DNA from: Spirochaetaceae bacterium
Lineage (GTDB): Bacteria > Spirochaetota > Spirochaetia > WTKD01
DNA length: 64,000 bases
Assembly: GCA_011524535.1 (NCBI GenBank)
Contig: WTKD01000014.1
Location: 28,519 to 92,518 of the forward strand
Direction: 5' to 3'
Part shown: positions 29,540 to 40,128 of the stretch, in pieces
Numbering within the stretch: position 1 is the first letter of the stretch
Layout of the letters: every line of letters begins with the position of its first letter
Translations under genes and position numbers: made by a program
The notes under the pieces: generated by a model
The model's input: only the letters and a program-made list of their open reading frames with translations
Told to the model about the DNA's origin: nothing
Database searches by the model: none

Positions 29540-31273
29540 TTAATATGTCCTTGGTTTTGGCTCCCATCTACTTACATCGACAGAAGAATATGAAATATCT
29601 ATCTCACCTTTCATCCGTACAAGGGAATGCTTCAACCACTCATCATCGTTTCGTTCAGGAAAATCGCTTCTCGCATGTGCTCCACGGCTTTCTTGCCTAT
29701 TCTTGGCCGATACGGCAATGCTATGTGCCACGAGCAGGAGATTTTCTGCTTCGAAATAGGATTGTACTTCTGTATTGAAATTCGAACTTGAGTCTTGCAA
29801 TACAACTCCGCCCATCTCATCTCTCAATGATTTGACGGTTTGAATTGCCTGTTCCATTTCAGACTCGGTTCGATACACTCCAACCTGTTCCATCATCGTT
29901 TGTTTCATTTTCTGAAGGATTGGACCAATTGGTTTCGACGTCTTTTTGTTACGGAGCGATGAAATCCGTGAAATAACAGTATCAGCTCCAGAGGCATCCC
30001 CCGATGGAGAATCTACACCCTGAACATAATCTGCAATATGTTTTCCGGTTCTGCGACCAAATACAACAAGCTCCAAAAGACTGTTTGTACCCAAACGATT
30101 GGCACCGTGGACCGAGACGCAAGCACATTCACCGGCTGCATACAATCCTTCGATCACCCTCTTTCCATCGTGAACACGCCCATCTATATCGGTGGGAATA
30201 CCTCCCATTGCATAGTGAGCTGTCGGCTGTACCGGTATTGGATGTTCTGATGGGTCTATGCCCAAATAGGTTTCACAAAATTCGCATATATCTGGAAGTC
30301 TGCTTTCGATTAGTTTACGTCCAAGATGGCGTGCATCAAGATGCACATAGTCATTAATTTTTTTGTCGCCTCGGATACCATTTCCCTTCAAAAGCTCTTC
30401 ACTGATCGCTCGAGAAACCATGTCCCGCGGAGCAAGGTCGAGGAGCGTTGGAGCATATTCTTCCATGAATGGTGTTCCATGTCTGTTTTTGAGAATGCCC
30501 CCTTCACCGCGCACCCCTTCGGTAATCAAAACTCCCATGCGGTATATACCAGTCGGGTGGAATTGATAAAATTCCATGTCTTGAATCGGGAGTCCTGCCT
30601 TTGCTACAAGCGCCGGACCATCGCCGGTCCCGGAGAGAGCATTGGATGTAACCATAAACACCCGCCCATAGCCACCCGTGGCAAACATGATAGCCTTTGC
30701 ATAAAACACGTGGACATCACCAGTACGAATTTCGTAACACGAAACCCCTTTTGCTCGATTTCCATCCATGATAATGTCCATGGCAAAAAATTCATTAAAA
30801 AATTCAACATTGTTTTCTACACATTGCTGAAAGAGGGTTTGCAAAATCATGTGTCCCGTTCTATCCGCTGCATAGCATGCACGACGCACGGGTCCTTTTC
30901 CAAAATTATTGGTGTGTCCCCCGAAGCGTCTCTGGGCAATTTTCCCATTCTCAAGGCGACTAAATGCAAGTCCCCGATGCTCAAGGTCATATACAACCTT
31001 CACTGCATCTTCAGCTAATACCTGGGCTGCTTTCTGGTCGGTGAGATAATCGCCTCCCTTTACCGTATCGTATGCGTGCCAGTCTGGATGATCTTCTTCC
31101 AAATTACCCAACGCCGCGGCAATACCGCCTTGTGCAGCCCCTGTGTGGCTACGCTGCGGATACAGTTTTGAGACAACTGCTGTCTTGCATTTTTTTGAAG
31201 CTTCAAGCGCTGCATATAATCCCGCTCCGCCTCCTCCAACAATTACCGTATCAAACTTGTGTACGTGTACCAT
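29540..31273 (-). CDS. sdhA: Succinate dehydrogenase/fumarate reductase flavoprotein
   Basis: [16 protein letters not shown] (covalent FAD His), QFHPTG, HYAMGG, HGANRLG. Confidence 0.95.
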   Translation of the reverse strand: MVHVHKFDTVIVGGGGAGLYAALEASKKCKTAVVSKLYPQRSHTGAAQGGIAAALGNLEEDHPDWHAYDTVKGGDYLTDQKAAQVLAEDAVKVVYDLEHRGLAFSRLENGKIAQRRFGGHTNNFGKGPVRRACYAADRTGHMILQTLFQQCVENNVEFFNEFFAMDIIMDGNRAKGVSCYEIRTGDVHVFYAKAIMFATGGYGRVFMVTSNALSGTGDGPALVAKAGLPIQDMEFYQFHPTGIYRMGVLITEGVRGEGGILKNRHGTPFMEEYAPTLLDLAPRDMVSRAISEELLKGNGIRGDKKINDYVHLDARHLGRKLIESRLPDICEFCETYLGIDPSEHPIPVQPTAHYAMGGIPTDIDGRVHDGKRVIEGLYAAGECACVSVHGANRLGTNSLLELVVFGRRTGKHIADYVQGVDSPSGDASGADTVISRISSLRNKKTSKPIGPILQKMKQTMMEQVGVYRTESEMEQAIQTVKSLRDEMGGVVLQDSSSNFNTEVQSYFEAENLLLVAHSIAVSAKNRQESRGAHARSDFPERNDDEWLKHSLVRMKGEIDISYSSVDVSRWEPKPRTY

Positions 31274-31422
31274 AAAAACTCCTAGAGTGATTCCTGCCTC
31301 ATTTACGTCTTATCTTCGATGAATGATCACGAATACAAGACCTGTTACGAGTGTATACCACTGCGTCACCAATGAAAACATCAATACTAACCATCAAATC
31401 TCGTAATCCTACCAAGACTCAT

Positions 31423-31863
31423 CTAGGCAAAATATTTATTCTTTATATGCTCCTCGGCTTTTTCAAGAGCTTTCTGTATGGCTGTAAAGGTGATCAATTT
31501 CAGCGCCTTGGGAGCAGGAAGCCAGGCTGCGGTTTCTATTTCTGATTGCTGTATCGCAAAGGCGGTCGATTCTGCCTTTCCCAAGAATAATGTCACTGTT
31601 TTCTGAATAATATTCGAAGAATCATTAGACTCTAATTCATATTCATATTCATAAAAAAAGTTCGGAATGATTCTTGCTTGAATATTTACTTCTTCTTTGA
31701 GTTCCCGTAATGCAGTATCAATAGGACCTTCTGTTGACTCTGGGTGCCCCTTCGGAAACGACCATGATGGCGAGTTGATTTGTTTGATGCATAAATATTG
31801 TATCTCCTCAGAGAGTTTTTCTGTAAAAGGAATAACGCCATAACAGTGCGTAAGTTTAGTCAC
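31423..31863 (-). CDS. NUDIX hydrolase (Ap4A-hydrolase-like)
   Basis: WSFPKGHPESTEGPIDTALRELKEEV Nudix box. Confidence 0.88.
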   Translation of the reverse strand: MTKLTHCYGVIPFTEKLSEEIQYLCIKQINSPSWSFPKGHPESTEGPIDTALRELKEEVNIQARIIPNFFYEYEYELESNDSSNIIQKTVTLFLGKAESTAFAIQQSEIETAAWLPAPKALKLITFTAIQKALEKAEEHIKNKYFA

Positions 31864-31954
31864 ATCGCTTAATTATACGTTGTTAAAGATACTATATCAA
31901 AGTAGTCTGAAGAATGAACCTTTTTCCACCTTATATCCAGGTATATATCATGTT

Positions 31955-33175
31955 ATGAATATTCATTGGTCGATAATGCTTAGTTTGTATGTGATGCCCT
32001 TGAGCATACTTTGGTACACAACCTATGTTCTGAGATCGCATATATCGGGCTTTTTGGGAAGCTATGGTTCGCTCGCCTTCCTGCGGATATGCATAGGGGT
32101 AATCCATCAGGCCCAATACACATCATCCGGCACTGCTCCTGCCCTATTCGATGGTATCTTCGCCCAACTGTATCCAACAATACTTTGTCTAGAATTGATA
32201 ACACCACGAGTAGCAGACAATGAATATATTTTTAGTAGAAACAACGAAGTATTTTCCGATTCAAGGATAACCCAGCCGATCTATTCTATAGCCGCCGTTC
32301 TCGGGATGGCCATCATCACGATCATGTGGTTTCCATTACCGAACATTTCTCATATTCGTTTTTATGCTGTTATCAGTGCTTTGTTACTTTGCTCGGGTTT
32401 GTACACACATATCGCTTTCAGACATTCCAGAAAAACCATCTTTCATTTTGATATTTCGGGGTGGATATGGGCACGCATAGGATTTCTCCTTATGGCAAGC
32501 TCTACATTTTTTGAATATCTTGTCTTTGCTTTCCAGCTCTACACGCCTTACAACTATCTGTACTGGTTTGGGCTTGCGCATGCTCCTTTCATTTTTGCCC
32601 TACAAACGGTGAATTGGTCCCTAATAACCCGGAAGAATCGACATATTGCAGCGGTGCAATCCCTAGTATTGATTGATTCTTTGACAAACGCATATAACAG
32701 ACGGGCATTCAACGAACACATGAAATCGTTAAAACGCGAGATTTACAAAAAAAATCAACATTTTGCACTGATTTACATAGATATTGATAAATTCAAAACT
32801 ATAAACGATTCATTAAACCATATCACTGGGGATAACGTTCTACGAATATTTTCCCAACGCATCATGCGGCTCCTAAGAAAAGAAGATAAGCTCTTCAGGC
32901 TTGGCGGCGACGAATTCGTCACCTATATTTCGATTCGCTCCGAAAAACCGCAGCATATGTTGGAATCAGTAACTAAGCGTATCATCGCAGAAACCTGCTC
33001 TCGTCCCTATAGTTTCAACGGAAAAAAACTCCATATCTCGTGCAGCATGGGGGTTGCTCTCTATCCTTCCGACAAAATACCACTAGACAAATTGGTAGAA
33101 AGTGCAGACAACAGTATGATGGTTGCAAAGAAGCAACCATCATCTTCGGTAGTTTTTCACAGAAATAGAAAATAA
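31955..33175 (+). CDS. Membrane-bound diguanylate cyclase (GGDEF)
   Basis: DSLTNAYNRR, DIDKFKTIND, RKED I-site, RLGGDEF and a hydrophobic N-terminal half. The start is uncertain (31880-31976). Confidence 0.88.
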   Translation: MNIHWSIMLSLYVMPLSILWYTTYVLRSHISGFLGSYGSLAFLRICIGVIHQAQYTSSGTAPALFDGIFAQLYPTILCLELITPRVADNEYIFSRNNEVFSDSRITQPIYSIAAVLGMAIITIMWFPLPNISHIRFYAVISALLLCSGLYTHIAFRHSRKTIFHFDISGWIWARIGFLLMASSTFFEYLVFAFQLYTPYNYLYWFGLAHAPFIFALQTVNWSLITRKNRHIAAVQSLVLIDSLTNAYNRRAFNEHMKSLKREIYKKNQHFALIYIDIDKFKTINDSLNHITGDNVLRIFSQRIMRLLRKEDKLFRLGGDEFVTYISIRSEKPQHMLESVTKRIIAETCSRPYSFNGKKLHISCSMGVALYPSDKIPLDKLVESADNSMMVAKKQPSSSVVFHRNRK

Positions 33176-33178
33176 AAT

Positions 33179-33251
33179 CGCGCCTAAGAGGATTTGAACC
33201 TCTGACCAATGGCTTAGAAGGCCACTGCTCTATCCACTGAGCTACAGGCGC
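33179..33251 (-). tRNA. tRNA-Arg(TCT)
   Basis: Reverse complement GCGCCTGTAGCTCAGTGGATAGAGC, anticodon arm GTGGC-CTTCTAA-GCCAT, GGTTCAAATCC. Confidence 0.95.
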
Positions 33252-33343
33252 CTATATGAATACTAAGAACATACAAAAAATTTTGCAAGAATTCACAAAA
33301 ATAGAATGGCACCCTGGCATCTACAGATAAACAATAAAATAAA

Positions 33344-33416
33344 TCGGGATGAGAGGATTTGAACCTCCGATCTCCTGCTCCCAAAGCAGGCGCCTTAGCC
33401 ACTAGGCTACATCCCG
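33344..33416 (-). tRNA. tRNA-Pro(TGG)
   Basis: Reverse complement CGGGATGTAGCCTAGTGG, anticodon arm CCTGC-TTTGGGA-GCAGG, ...CATCCCGA. Confidence 0.95.
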
Positions 33417-33547
33417 TATAGCGAAGTATACTCGCTAGTTTGCATGTAATGCAATAATATTATGATACTTGATGATCACATAGATCCGTCTAATAAATAT
33501 CTACACTTTATCTGATATCCTCACAGGATATTGCATTTAGTATTACA

Positions 33548-34207
33548 ATGAGTAGTATGCAAGAGTCTCATTCCTATACTGCCTCAATTTCCGATGTTCT
33601 GCTCCCTGAGCTCCACGCATTGTATCCAAAACCAATTACATTGCTTACATACAACAATCCATTCGAATTACTCGTGAAAGTAATGCTTTCTGCGCAATGC
33701 AGCGATGCTCAAGTAAATAAAATTGCACCCAGGTTGTTTGAAGCTTATCCTGATGCAAGAGCCCTTTCACGTGCACGCGTGGCTGATGTAGCACGCATCA
33801 TACGTCCCCTCGGATATTTCAACACTAAATCGAATTATTGCATACAGATAGCACAATCGGTCCTTGCACAGGGGGGGGTTCCAGATACTCTGGAGGCCTT
33901 ATGTGCGATGCCTGGCGTAGGAAAAAAATCCGCTTCGGTCATATTGTATGTTGTATTCAAAAAACCCGCTCTCATAGTTGATAGACATGTTGCCCGAGTC
34001 GCTTCGCGCCTTGGTTTGGCTCCAGGGGATGCAAGCATCCCCAAAGTTGAAACATCTATGGCACTCTGTTGTAAAAGAGAAGATTGGGGAAGTATATCGA
34101 TGTTATTGAACTATCACGGACGCTTTGTGTGCAAGGCAAGAACCCCTTTATGTCAATCCTGCTCGCTGAATACACATTGCGCGTTTTTCAATAACACCGA
34201 TTCCTAG
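33548..34207 (+). CDS. nth: Endonuclease III
   Basis: PFELLV..LSAQ, HhH motif MPGVGKKSA, VDRHV, C-x6-C-x2-C-x5-C Fe-S motif. Confidence 0.92.
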   Translation: MSSMQESHSYTASISDVLLPELHALYPKPITLLTYNNPFELLVKVMLSAQCSDAQVNKIAPRLFEAYPDARALSRARVADVARIIRPLGYFNTKSNYCIQIAQSVLAQGGVPDTLEALCAMPGVGKKSASVILYVVFKKPALIVDRHVARVASRLGLAPGDASIPKVETSMALCCKREDWGSISMLLNYHGRFVCKARTPLCQSCSLNTHCAFFNNTDS

Positions 34208-34295
34208 CCCTCCTAATCGTCACATTTGTCATATGTGTAGCAACAGACTGCTATTTACACAAAGAAATGCCTCTCTTTTTTTCGTGACTAGTTCG

Positions 34296-35021
34296 TCACA
34301 CCCTCTCCTGGCGGCTCAGTTTCTGTTCAAATTCTATAGAGCTTCTCATTCCCACCATAGTTGATGATATATTCTGTACTGGGCACATAACTCGAATTAT
34401 GGACAAAGATAATGCCCTTGTGGCACTTTCTAACACTCCTTTTCTCGTCTTTTGAAGACCTTTCATCGTGCAATCTCGAATAAGCTCGAGTTCTTCTACC
34501 GAATGCATTTCTACCAGCCCGTACCCACTTGCTCCTAAATCCCCCGCTCCTCCAAAAATATGGGATACATAGACCATAGCTTCATATGCGCCCTTGCGAT
34601 CAAGGGAGTCAACCCACAGAGAATCCAAGAAATCCTTGCACGGAAGGTCTGCGGACAACTCAAGCGTACAATACATTCCTAGAATGCTCCTCTTGATCTG
34701 AGGAATAGTCGTCTGGCGTAGGTTCACCGGATTTCTTTTTGCCTCTCGCAAAAGAAGCGAACGTTCTGGCATTGTTTTTAGAACCCCTATACATATGGCT
34801 GGTTGAAGCATCGGAAGTAGATGGACAGACTTTTTATTATCACCCCCGTCACTAAGTATTGGCGAACATTCCTTGAATAAATACCGTTGCATGGTTTCGT
34901 ATTCATACCTAATATTTCCAGGGAGAAGAAGAGCACATATGTATTGTTCGGTACCCTCGCGTTGTGCAGGCATCTCGCTATAGGTATCATTTCGACGCTC
35001 AACGTCCTTCTTCTTTTTCAT
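34296..35021 (-). CDS. Hypothetical protein
   Basis: The only long ORF between nth and the lipoprotein gene. TACAAT lies 7 nt before ATG 35021; the ORF is open to 35093. Confidence 0.55.
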   Translation of the reverse strand: MKKKKDVERRNDTYSEMPAQREGTEQYICALLLPGNIRYEYETMQRYLFKECSPILSDGGDNKKSVHLLPMLQPAICIGVLKTMPERSLLLREAKRNPVNLRQTTIPQIKRSILGMYCTLELSADLPCKDFLDSLWVDSLDRKGAYEAMVYVSHIFGGAGDLGASGYGLVEMHSVEELELIRDCTMKGLQKTRKGVLESATRALSLSIIRVMCPVQNISSTMVGMRSSIEFEQKLSRQERV

Positions 35022-35200
35022 GCATAAAATTGTACCCAAAACAATACCCTTGGTCTGCATATAAAGAATAACGCCTCTGTCTATGTGTTTCACTTTTTAA
35101 AGAATCCGTCGGAAACAAGACGATCCCTAGGGGTCTGTACTTGCTTCAATCGAGATGACAGAAAAAAAGTAACCCCCTATACTAGATATTAGATCATTCT

Positions 35201-36880
35201 ATGTTCATACACTATCTAATACTTAGTAGGGCTCTTGGTGTAGTATTGCTCGGCGTTGTGTTGATTTCTTTCGCATCGTGCTCCCGTGAAATATCCTTTG
35301 TGTCCCCAGATGCTAAATTTTCAGATATAACCATTGTTGAACCTTGGTACGAACGCTCTTCGCTTACATTCAATCCAGAAATACCCCTCCATACCGGAGA
35401 TATCCTTTCAATCACCACAACCAATACAAGTGACTCAATCACCTCAACCCAAAGCAATGTCATCGTTTTGTTGCAGGATGACACCGAAATAGCAAGATTC
35501 GCATGGAAGCCCTTACCTGCGGACCGACCAATCACACGTACGATGGTTTTTGAAAGCCCAAATGAGCTTCAGACCGCCGTTGACTCGGCAAAAGTATATA
35601 CTGCTGAAACATCAGAGATCGAAATACAGAACCTAGGCGTCAATAACTCCCCTGCCTATAGCTATATCAGGACCGATCAAGCGATCCAAATACCCAACGA
35701 CTGGGTAATCATTAGCAGCGAAGATGGTACAAAACAAACAGAGCAAATCGTCTTTTCGACTCCTCTCGACGGACCAGCATCCCTCCTTATTCGAACGGGA
35801 ATAGAGCTAGGATCTGTGTCTGCAGCGCTATATCTCACCGATCGCCAGGAAGAACCCTATACCAAACGATATACATTAAGCGATTCTTACGAGAACGCAT
35901 TGTATGCGCTGACAATTCCAAATACAGCTACAATAACCAGCCTGACGCTAGAAGGAATTACAAATAACGGCGACTCGAGGGCTCAGAACCCTGCCTCTCC
36001 AAATATTATTACAGAATTAACCGTCTCTTCCTCAGAAATCTTTCCCGCTCCAATAGACACCGATATCGGTCATATGCTCGAAAACCCACCAGATCAATGG
36101 CGAAATTCCACTGCTGAATTGTATAGCTGGAGCAATTATCCCAGTATATTGGTCTTAGTTTCGCAAACACTCGGCATTCAAAGCCGTTATTTCAAACGAC
36201 TGGCCTTCTTTGCCGAAAAACGTGATTTCCGAGGAACTATTTTGAGCGATTCCGAGCTAGTAGGACGCCATGGCTGGAATGCCCACAACTATCACAGCTC
36301 TGACCTTGCGCGCTTCTTCTCCTTGGTTGAAGAAGAAATACTAACAGAAGAAGAAAAAAGTTTGCGGGATATTCTTATATATAACAAGATTATTATTCCC
36401 GATGTGTCTGGGTTTATTGCAGGATCGGAATCATCTGGAATTCTCGGTATTTCCTGGGATCTTGGTGAATATCTCCGACTCCTGCTCCTGACTCATGAAG
36501 CTCTCCACGGACTCTATTACGCAGAACCCTCATTTCAAACAAAAGTGGAAGATATCTGGGAAAGATTGACCCCCGAGATGCAAACATTTTTCCAATTTAT
36601 GTTCTCCGCATATAGCTATGATGGAAGTCATATTCCCCTCGTGCAAAACGAAATGCAGGCCTATCTTTTGCAACAACCCATTGGAAATTTTGATTCTGCT
36701 ATGCGTAGGGTGGAAAATAACCTAAAACGCTTCCGCCCGGCAAACGCCTCCTATATCGAAGATTTTTTTGAGAATCATATCGAAATTCTGCGCAGCCTTG
36801 CCGTAGAATTGGATAGTTTTCTAAAAGAACAATTCGGATTATCTTCTGGAGATTTGTCGCGGGTAACATACACCCCCTGA
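35201..36880 (+). CDS. Putative lipoprotein with HExxH metallopeptidase-like motif
   Basis: Signal peptide ending FAS-C, FKRLAFFAEK..HGWNAHNY, THEALHG and downstream NEMQAY. Confidence 0.65.
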   Translation: MFIHYLILSRALGVVLLGVVLISFASCSREISFVSPDAKFSDITIVEPWYERSSLTFNPEIPLHTGDILSITTTNTSDSITSTQSNVIVLLQDDTEIARFAWKPLPADRPITRTMVFESPNELQTAVDSAKVYTAETSEIEIQNLGVNNSPAYSYIRTDQAIQIPNDWVIISSEDGTKQTEQIVFSTPLDGPASLLIRTGIELGSVSAALYLTDRQEEPYTKRYTLSDSYENALYALTIPNTATITSLTLEGITNNGDSRAQNPASPNIITELTVSSSEIFPAPIDTDIGHMLENPPDQWRNSTAELYSWSNYPSILVLVSQTLGIQSRYFKRLAFFAEKRDFRGTILSDSELVGRHGWNAHNYHSSDLARFFSLVEEEILTEEEKSLRDILIYNKIIIPDVSGFIAGSESSGILGISWDLGEYLRLLLLTHEALHGLYYAEPSFQTKVEDIWERLTPEMQTFFQFMFSAYSYDGSHIPLVQNEMQAYLLQQPIGNFDSAMRRVENNLKRFRPANASYIEDFFENHIEILRSLAVELDSFLKEQFGLSSGDLSRVTYTP

Positions 36881-37060
36881 ATTCTCTAAAGAAATTAGAA
36901 AGAATCGAAAACGTATTGTTGGCATCTAAGGATGTACATTTAATCACAAAGTAGGCCTGTATTCCTTTGTTATTACCCAAAACTATCGGTTCGGTGATAC
37001 TCTACTAGAATTTTCCGTTGTACTAGATGTAACGAGACTATGGATGCTGACTAATTGGGT

Positions 37061-38101
37061 TCAATTGTTAAGAAGTCGATCAGCGCTATCACGCAAATCC
37101 TTCAAATAGCCCTGTTTTTGTTCTTCGGAAGCGAAGCTTGCCGTGATGTTGTATTCGAGTACTTTCACGATATCACTCAAGGAAAAATTGCAATGTTTAT
37201 GCAGCCGATAAAATTCATCGTTCAATTCTACATCAAAAAGAATAGGATCATCGGTGTTCACTGTAACAACAACACCTTGCTCAAAAAAATTGCGGATAGG
37301 GTGTTGCTCATAGGTGGACACAAACTTTTTGGTAATACAATTGCTCGCTGGACAGATTTCTAATGGTATTTTGTTTTCGGAAAGATGGACTACGAGGTCT
37401 TTATCAAACATAGCCGACGTTCCGTGTCCTATTCTTTGTACCCGCAGCAATAAAACAGCATCCCAAATACTTCTGGAATCGGTCTCTTCTCCTGCATGAC
37501 ACACGGTGTTTAGACCAAAATCACGAGCTTTTGAAAATATATCAGCATATAGATGACCAGGGTATTTGGATTCAAGTCCCCCCATGCCCATCGCTGCAAT
37601 ATGCTCAATACCATGCATGTCGATATGGCGTTTCATGATCTGGAAATTTTCTTGCGCATTCGCATACCCAAATCCACGAGAAATATCGATGATGAGGCAT
37701 ATCTCTATGCCATGCTTCCTTTTTGCTTCCGCCAAGTATCCAGTGAGCGTAAACAAAATATCAGCTACATTGAGTTTGTTCTTTTTCGGCATCGTAAGAG
37801 AAAAATGAGTCTCAATATAAACAATTTTATTGTTCTTACAATAGGTGACTATATCATCTACCAGGTATGAGTAGTCCTCTGGCATCCTAAAATATTGCTG
37901 AAGGTATATGAAATTTCCTATCATATCCGCCAAGCTATTTATGTTCAGAAGCACCTTATAGTCTTCTATTGTCTTCAACTTGGAATCGATAGAATACTTC
38001 TCATTCAATTTGAGATATGTCTGAAATTGAACACAAGCTTCTGCGTGTACGTGCAACTCCACTTTCGGAAGTTCATTTATTTTTTTCTTAATCTGACTCA
38101 A
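37061..38101 (-). CDS. add: Adenosine/adenine deaminase
   Basis: LPKVELHVHAE, CHAGE, RIGHG, EICPASN, VNTDDP. Confidence 0.92.
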   Translation of the reverse strand: MSQIKKKINELPKVELHVHAEACVQFQTYLKLNEKYSIDSKLKTIEDYKVLLNINSLADMIGNFIYLQQYFRMPEDYSYLVDDIVTYCKNNKIVYIETHFSLTMPKKNKLNVADILFTLTGYLAEAKRKHGIEICLIIDISRGFGYANAQENFQIMKRHIDMHGIEHIAAMGMGGLESKYPGHLYADIFSKARDFGLNTVCHAGEETDSRSIWDAVLLLRVQRIGHGTSAMFDKDLVVHLSENKIPLEICPASNCITKKFVSTYEQHPIRNFFEQGVVVTVNTDDPILFDVELNDEFYRLHKHCNFSLSDIVKVLEYNITASFASEEQKQGYLKDLRDSADRLLNN

Positions 38102-38222
38102 AGCTCACCTTTTCTAGCCAAGTATTTCTACTACGATTACAAAATACGTGTAGAAACCTTCTTATTACTATCGACAAAGAAACAAAGTGATCTTGAACTT
38201 ATTTTACTAGTAAAATGCCTTG

Positions 38223-39965
38223 CTACGGATTTTTTTTTCGAAAACCCCAAAATAGTCTGCCTTTTTCCATTTTTCTCTGCTCCAGCATGCCTATTGATAG
38301 GGCTCGATCGATCATGGAGTGCATGAGCTTGGACGGAACCTGGTCGAACGAACCCGCAAGGAAATCATTGCTTTGATTCTTCATGCATAAGTACTTAACG
38401 ACTCCACTTGTATCAAATCGATTCATTGTTACGGCGCTATATAGTTCACCCACCCCTACAATAGAAAATTCAACACCAGTACATAGATCACAATTATCGC
38501 AAAACACCGAATCAGCCCCCAAGTGTTTCATTAGCATATTCCTTCTACACCCATAGCTTCTAGTGTAGATATCAAAAAATCTATTTTGCGTATGTCCTGC
38601 TGTATCACTCTTTTCGGTTTGCGGGAGAGTATACTTTGCAGAAATCCCATTTTTTCTTTCGCCTATCTCTTGGAAAGATTCTGCTATTCGATGTTTTTTT
38701 TCCCGTTCCCAGGTCCATTCCCTGCTTATATCCCACAACAATAATGCTTGCGCCGGATTCTTGTCTCGCCCCGCCCGGCCCGCTTCCTGTATATAAGACT
38801 CCGGGGTAGATGATGGTGAAAGATGTATCACTGTTCGTATATTCTTTTTGTCTACACCCATGCCATAAGCACATGTAGCACAGAGAATGCCTCTATCACT
38901 GGCAAAAAACCATCCTTCGGTGTTTTTTTTCTCTTCTCTCGATAACCCAGCATGATAACATCTGATTTCAGAATATCCCAATGTCGACCTCAAGAGCCAT
39001 GCACAATATTCTGTCTTGTTTCGAGTAGGGCAAAAAATAATACAAGGAACCTCTATCCGCGGATAGAATCGCTGATGCACCCATTTTTTGTATACATTTT
39101 GACTGCCTCCACGTAGCGATTTTGATTTCTTAAATATCTTATCCCAAAATTTTTTTTCTGCTTCCTTTTTTGTTTGATTTTCACCCTGCTGTATTCTTTT
39201 GAGGCTAACGCTAATCATCATCAAGAGGGACACTAGAGAATGGAGGCAGGGAATCACCGCATATCCTATATTCATACGATCTGGGTTTCCCGACACAACA
39301 TTCATATGTTTATCTTCAAACAACAAGGACCGTATTCCATCGATTATCGCGGGGGATGCCGTTGCGGTAAAGGCAGTAACCATTTTCGGAGCGCATTCGT
39401 GGATTATTTCAGGCAACATGAGATAAGATTTTCGAAATGTAGTTCCCCATTGCACAATACAATGAGCTTCATCGATGACAAAATGAGATACATGTATCCG
39501 AGAGAGATCTTTCCTCAGCGAAGACATGTACAAGGCCTCGGGATTTGTCAGTAACACAACCCTTTTTTTCTCTTGCATACTATGTGCTATATGTTCCACA
39601 TCGACCTTCGATAACCCTCCGCGGAGTATCAATGGAACAAGACCAACCGATGCCATACGTCTCGCCTGATCGTTTAGCAAACTGATGAGGGGATATACCA
39701 CCACTGTAACTCCAGAATAGAAATAAGGAGGAAGTTGAAAACACAGACTTTTTCCAGCCCCTGTTGGAAGAATAACCAATTGATGATCTCTTTTATCCCT
39801 CTCTTCGTCCAACCAGACGCTATGCGTATGCAAAGAATACGATGAGATATCTCTTCCTCCAGAAATCGCTTCAAGTATGTTCGCAATGACTAGTCTTTGC
39901 ATCGGATACAGGTAATCAAGACCAAAATATTTCTTTGCGCAATCTAACACAGGGTCCACATACAC
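38223..39965 (-). CDS. recQ: RecQ-family DNA helicase
   Basis: PTGAGKSLCFQLP, DEAHC, TATA, YHAGL, QEAGRAGRD, CRR..CDNCDLC. No HRDC domain is evident. Confidence 0.9.
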   Translation of the reverse strand: MYVDPVLDCAKKYFGLDYLYPMQRLVIANILEAISGGRDISSYSLHTHSVWLDEERDKRDHQLVILPTGAGKSLCFQLPPYFYSGVTVVVYPLISLLNDQARRMASVGLVPLILRGGLSKVDVEHIAHSMQEKKRVVLLTNPEALYMSSLRKDLSRIHVSHFVIDEAHCIVQWGTTFRKSYLMLPEIIHECAPKMVTAFTATASPAIIDGIRSLLFEDKHMNVVSGNPDRMNIGYAVIPCLHSLVSLLMMISVSLKRIQQGENQTKKEAEKKFWDKIFKKSKSLRGGSQNVYKKWVHQRFYPRIEVPCIIFCPTRNKTEYCAWLLRSTLGYSEIRCYHAGLSREEKKNTEGWFFASDRGILCATCAYGMGVDKKNIRTVIHLSPSSTPESYIQEAGRAGRDKNPAQALLLWDISREWTWEREKKHRIAESFQEIGERKNGISAKYTLPQTEKSDTAGHTQNRFFDIYTRSYGCRRNMLMKHLGADSVFCDNCDLCTGVEFSIVGVGELYSAVTMNRFDTSGVVKYLCMKNQSNDFLAGSFDQVPSKLMHSMIDRALSIGMLEQRKMEKGRLFWGFRKKNP

Positions 39966-40128
39966 ATTACAAGAAAGTAAATCATCTCACTTCAAGCTAT
40001 TAGATATAAATTGTGCTATTATTTCAGTAAAGAAAGAATACTCTAAATTTGTGATTATAACGCAAACTACAAAACTATTTATTGTTTTCTTGCCACATCC
40101 CAAAATAAAGAATATCATGCCAGTATAC

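Noticed and set aside
30326..31018. 230-aa plus-strand ORF
   Set aside because: It lies entirely antisense to conserved sdhA and is a shadow ORF. The same applies to the other short nested ORFs in the track.
33015..33402. Short minus-strand ORFs (64 and 62 aa)
   Set aside because: They are translations of the tRNA-Arg and tRNA-Pro genes.
33871..33877. G7 run in nth as a phase-variation tract
   Set aside because: The run is short, in frame (Gln-Gly-Gly) and in an intact housekeeping gene.
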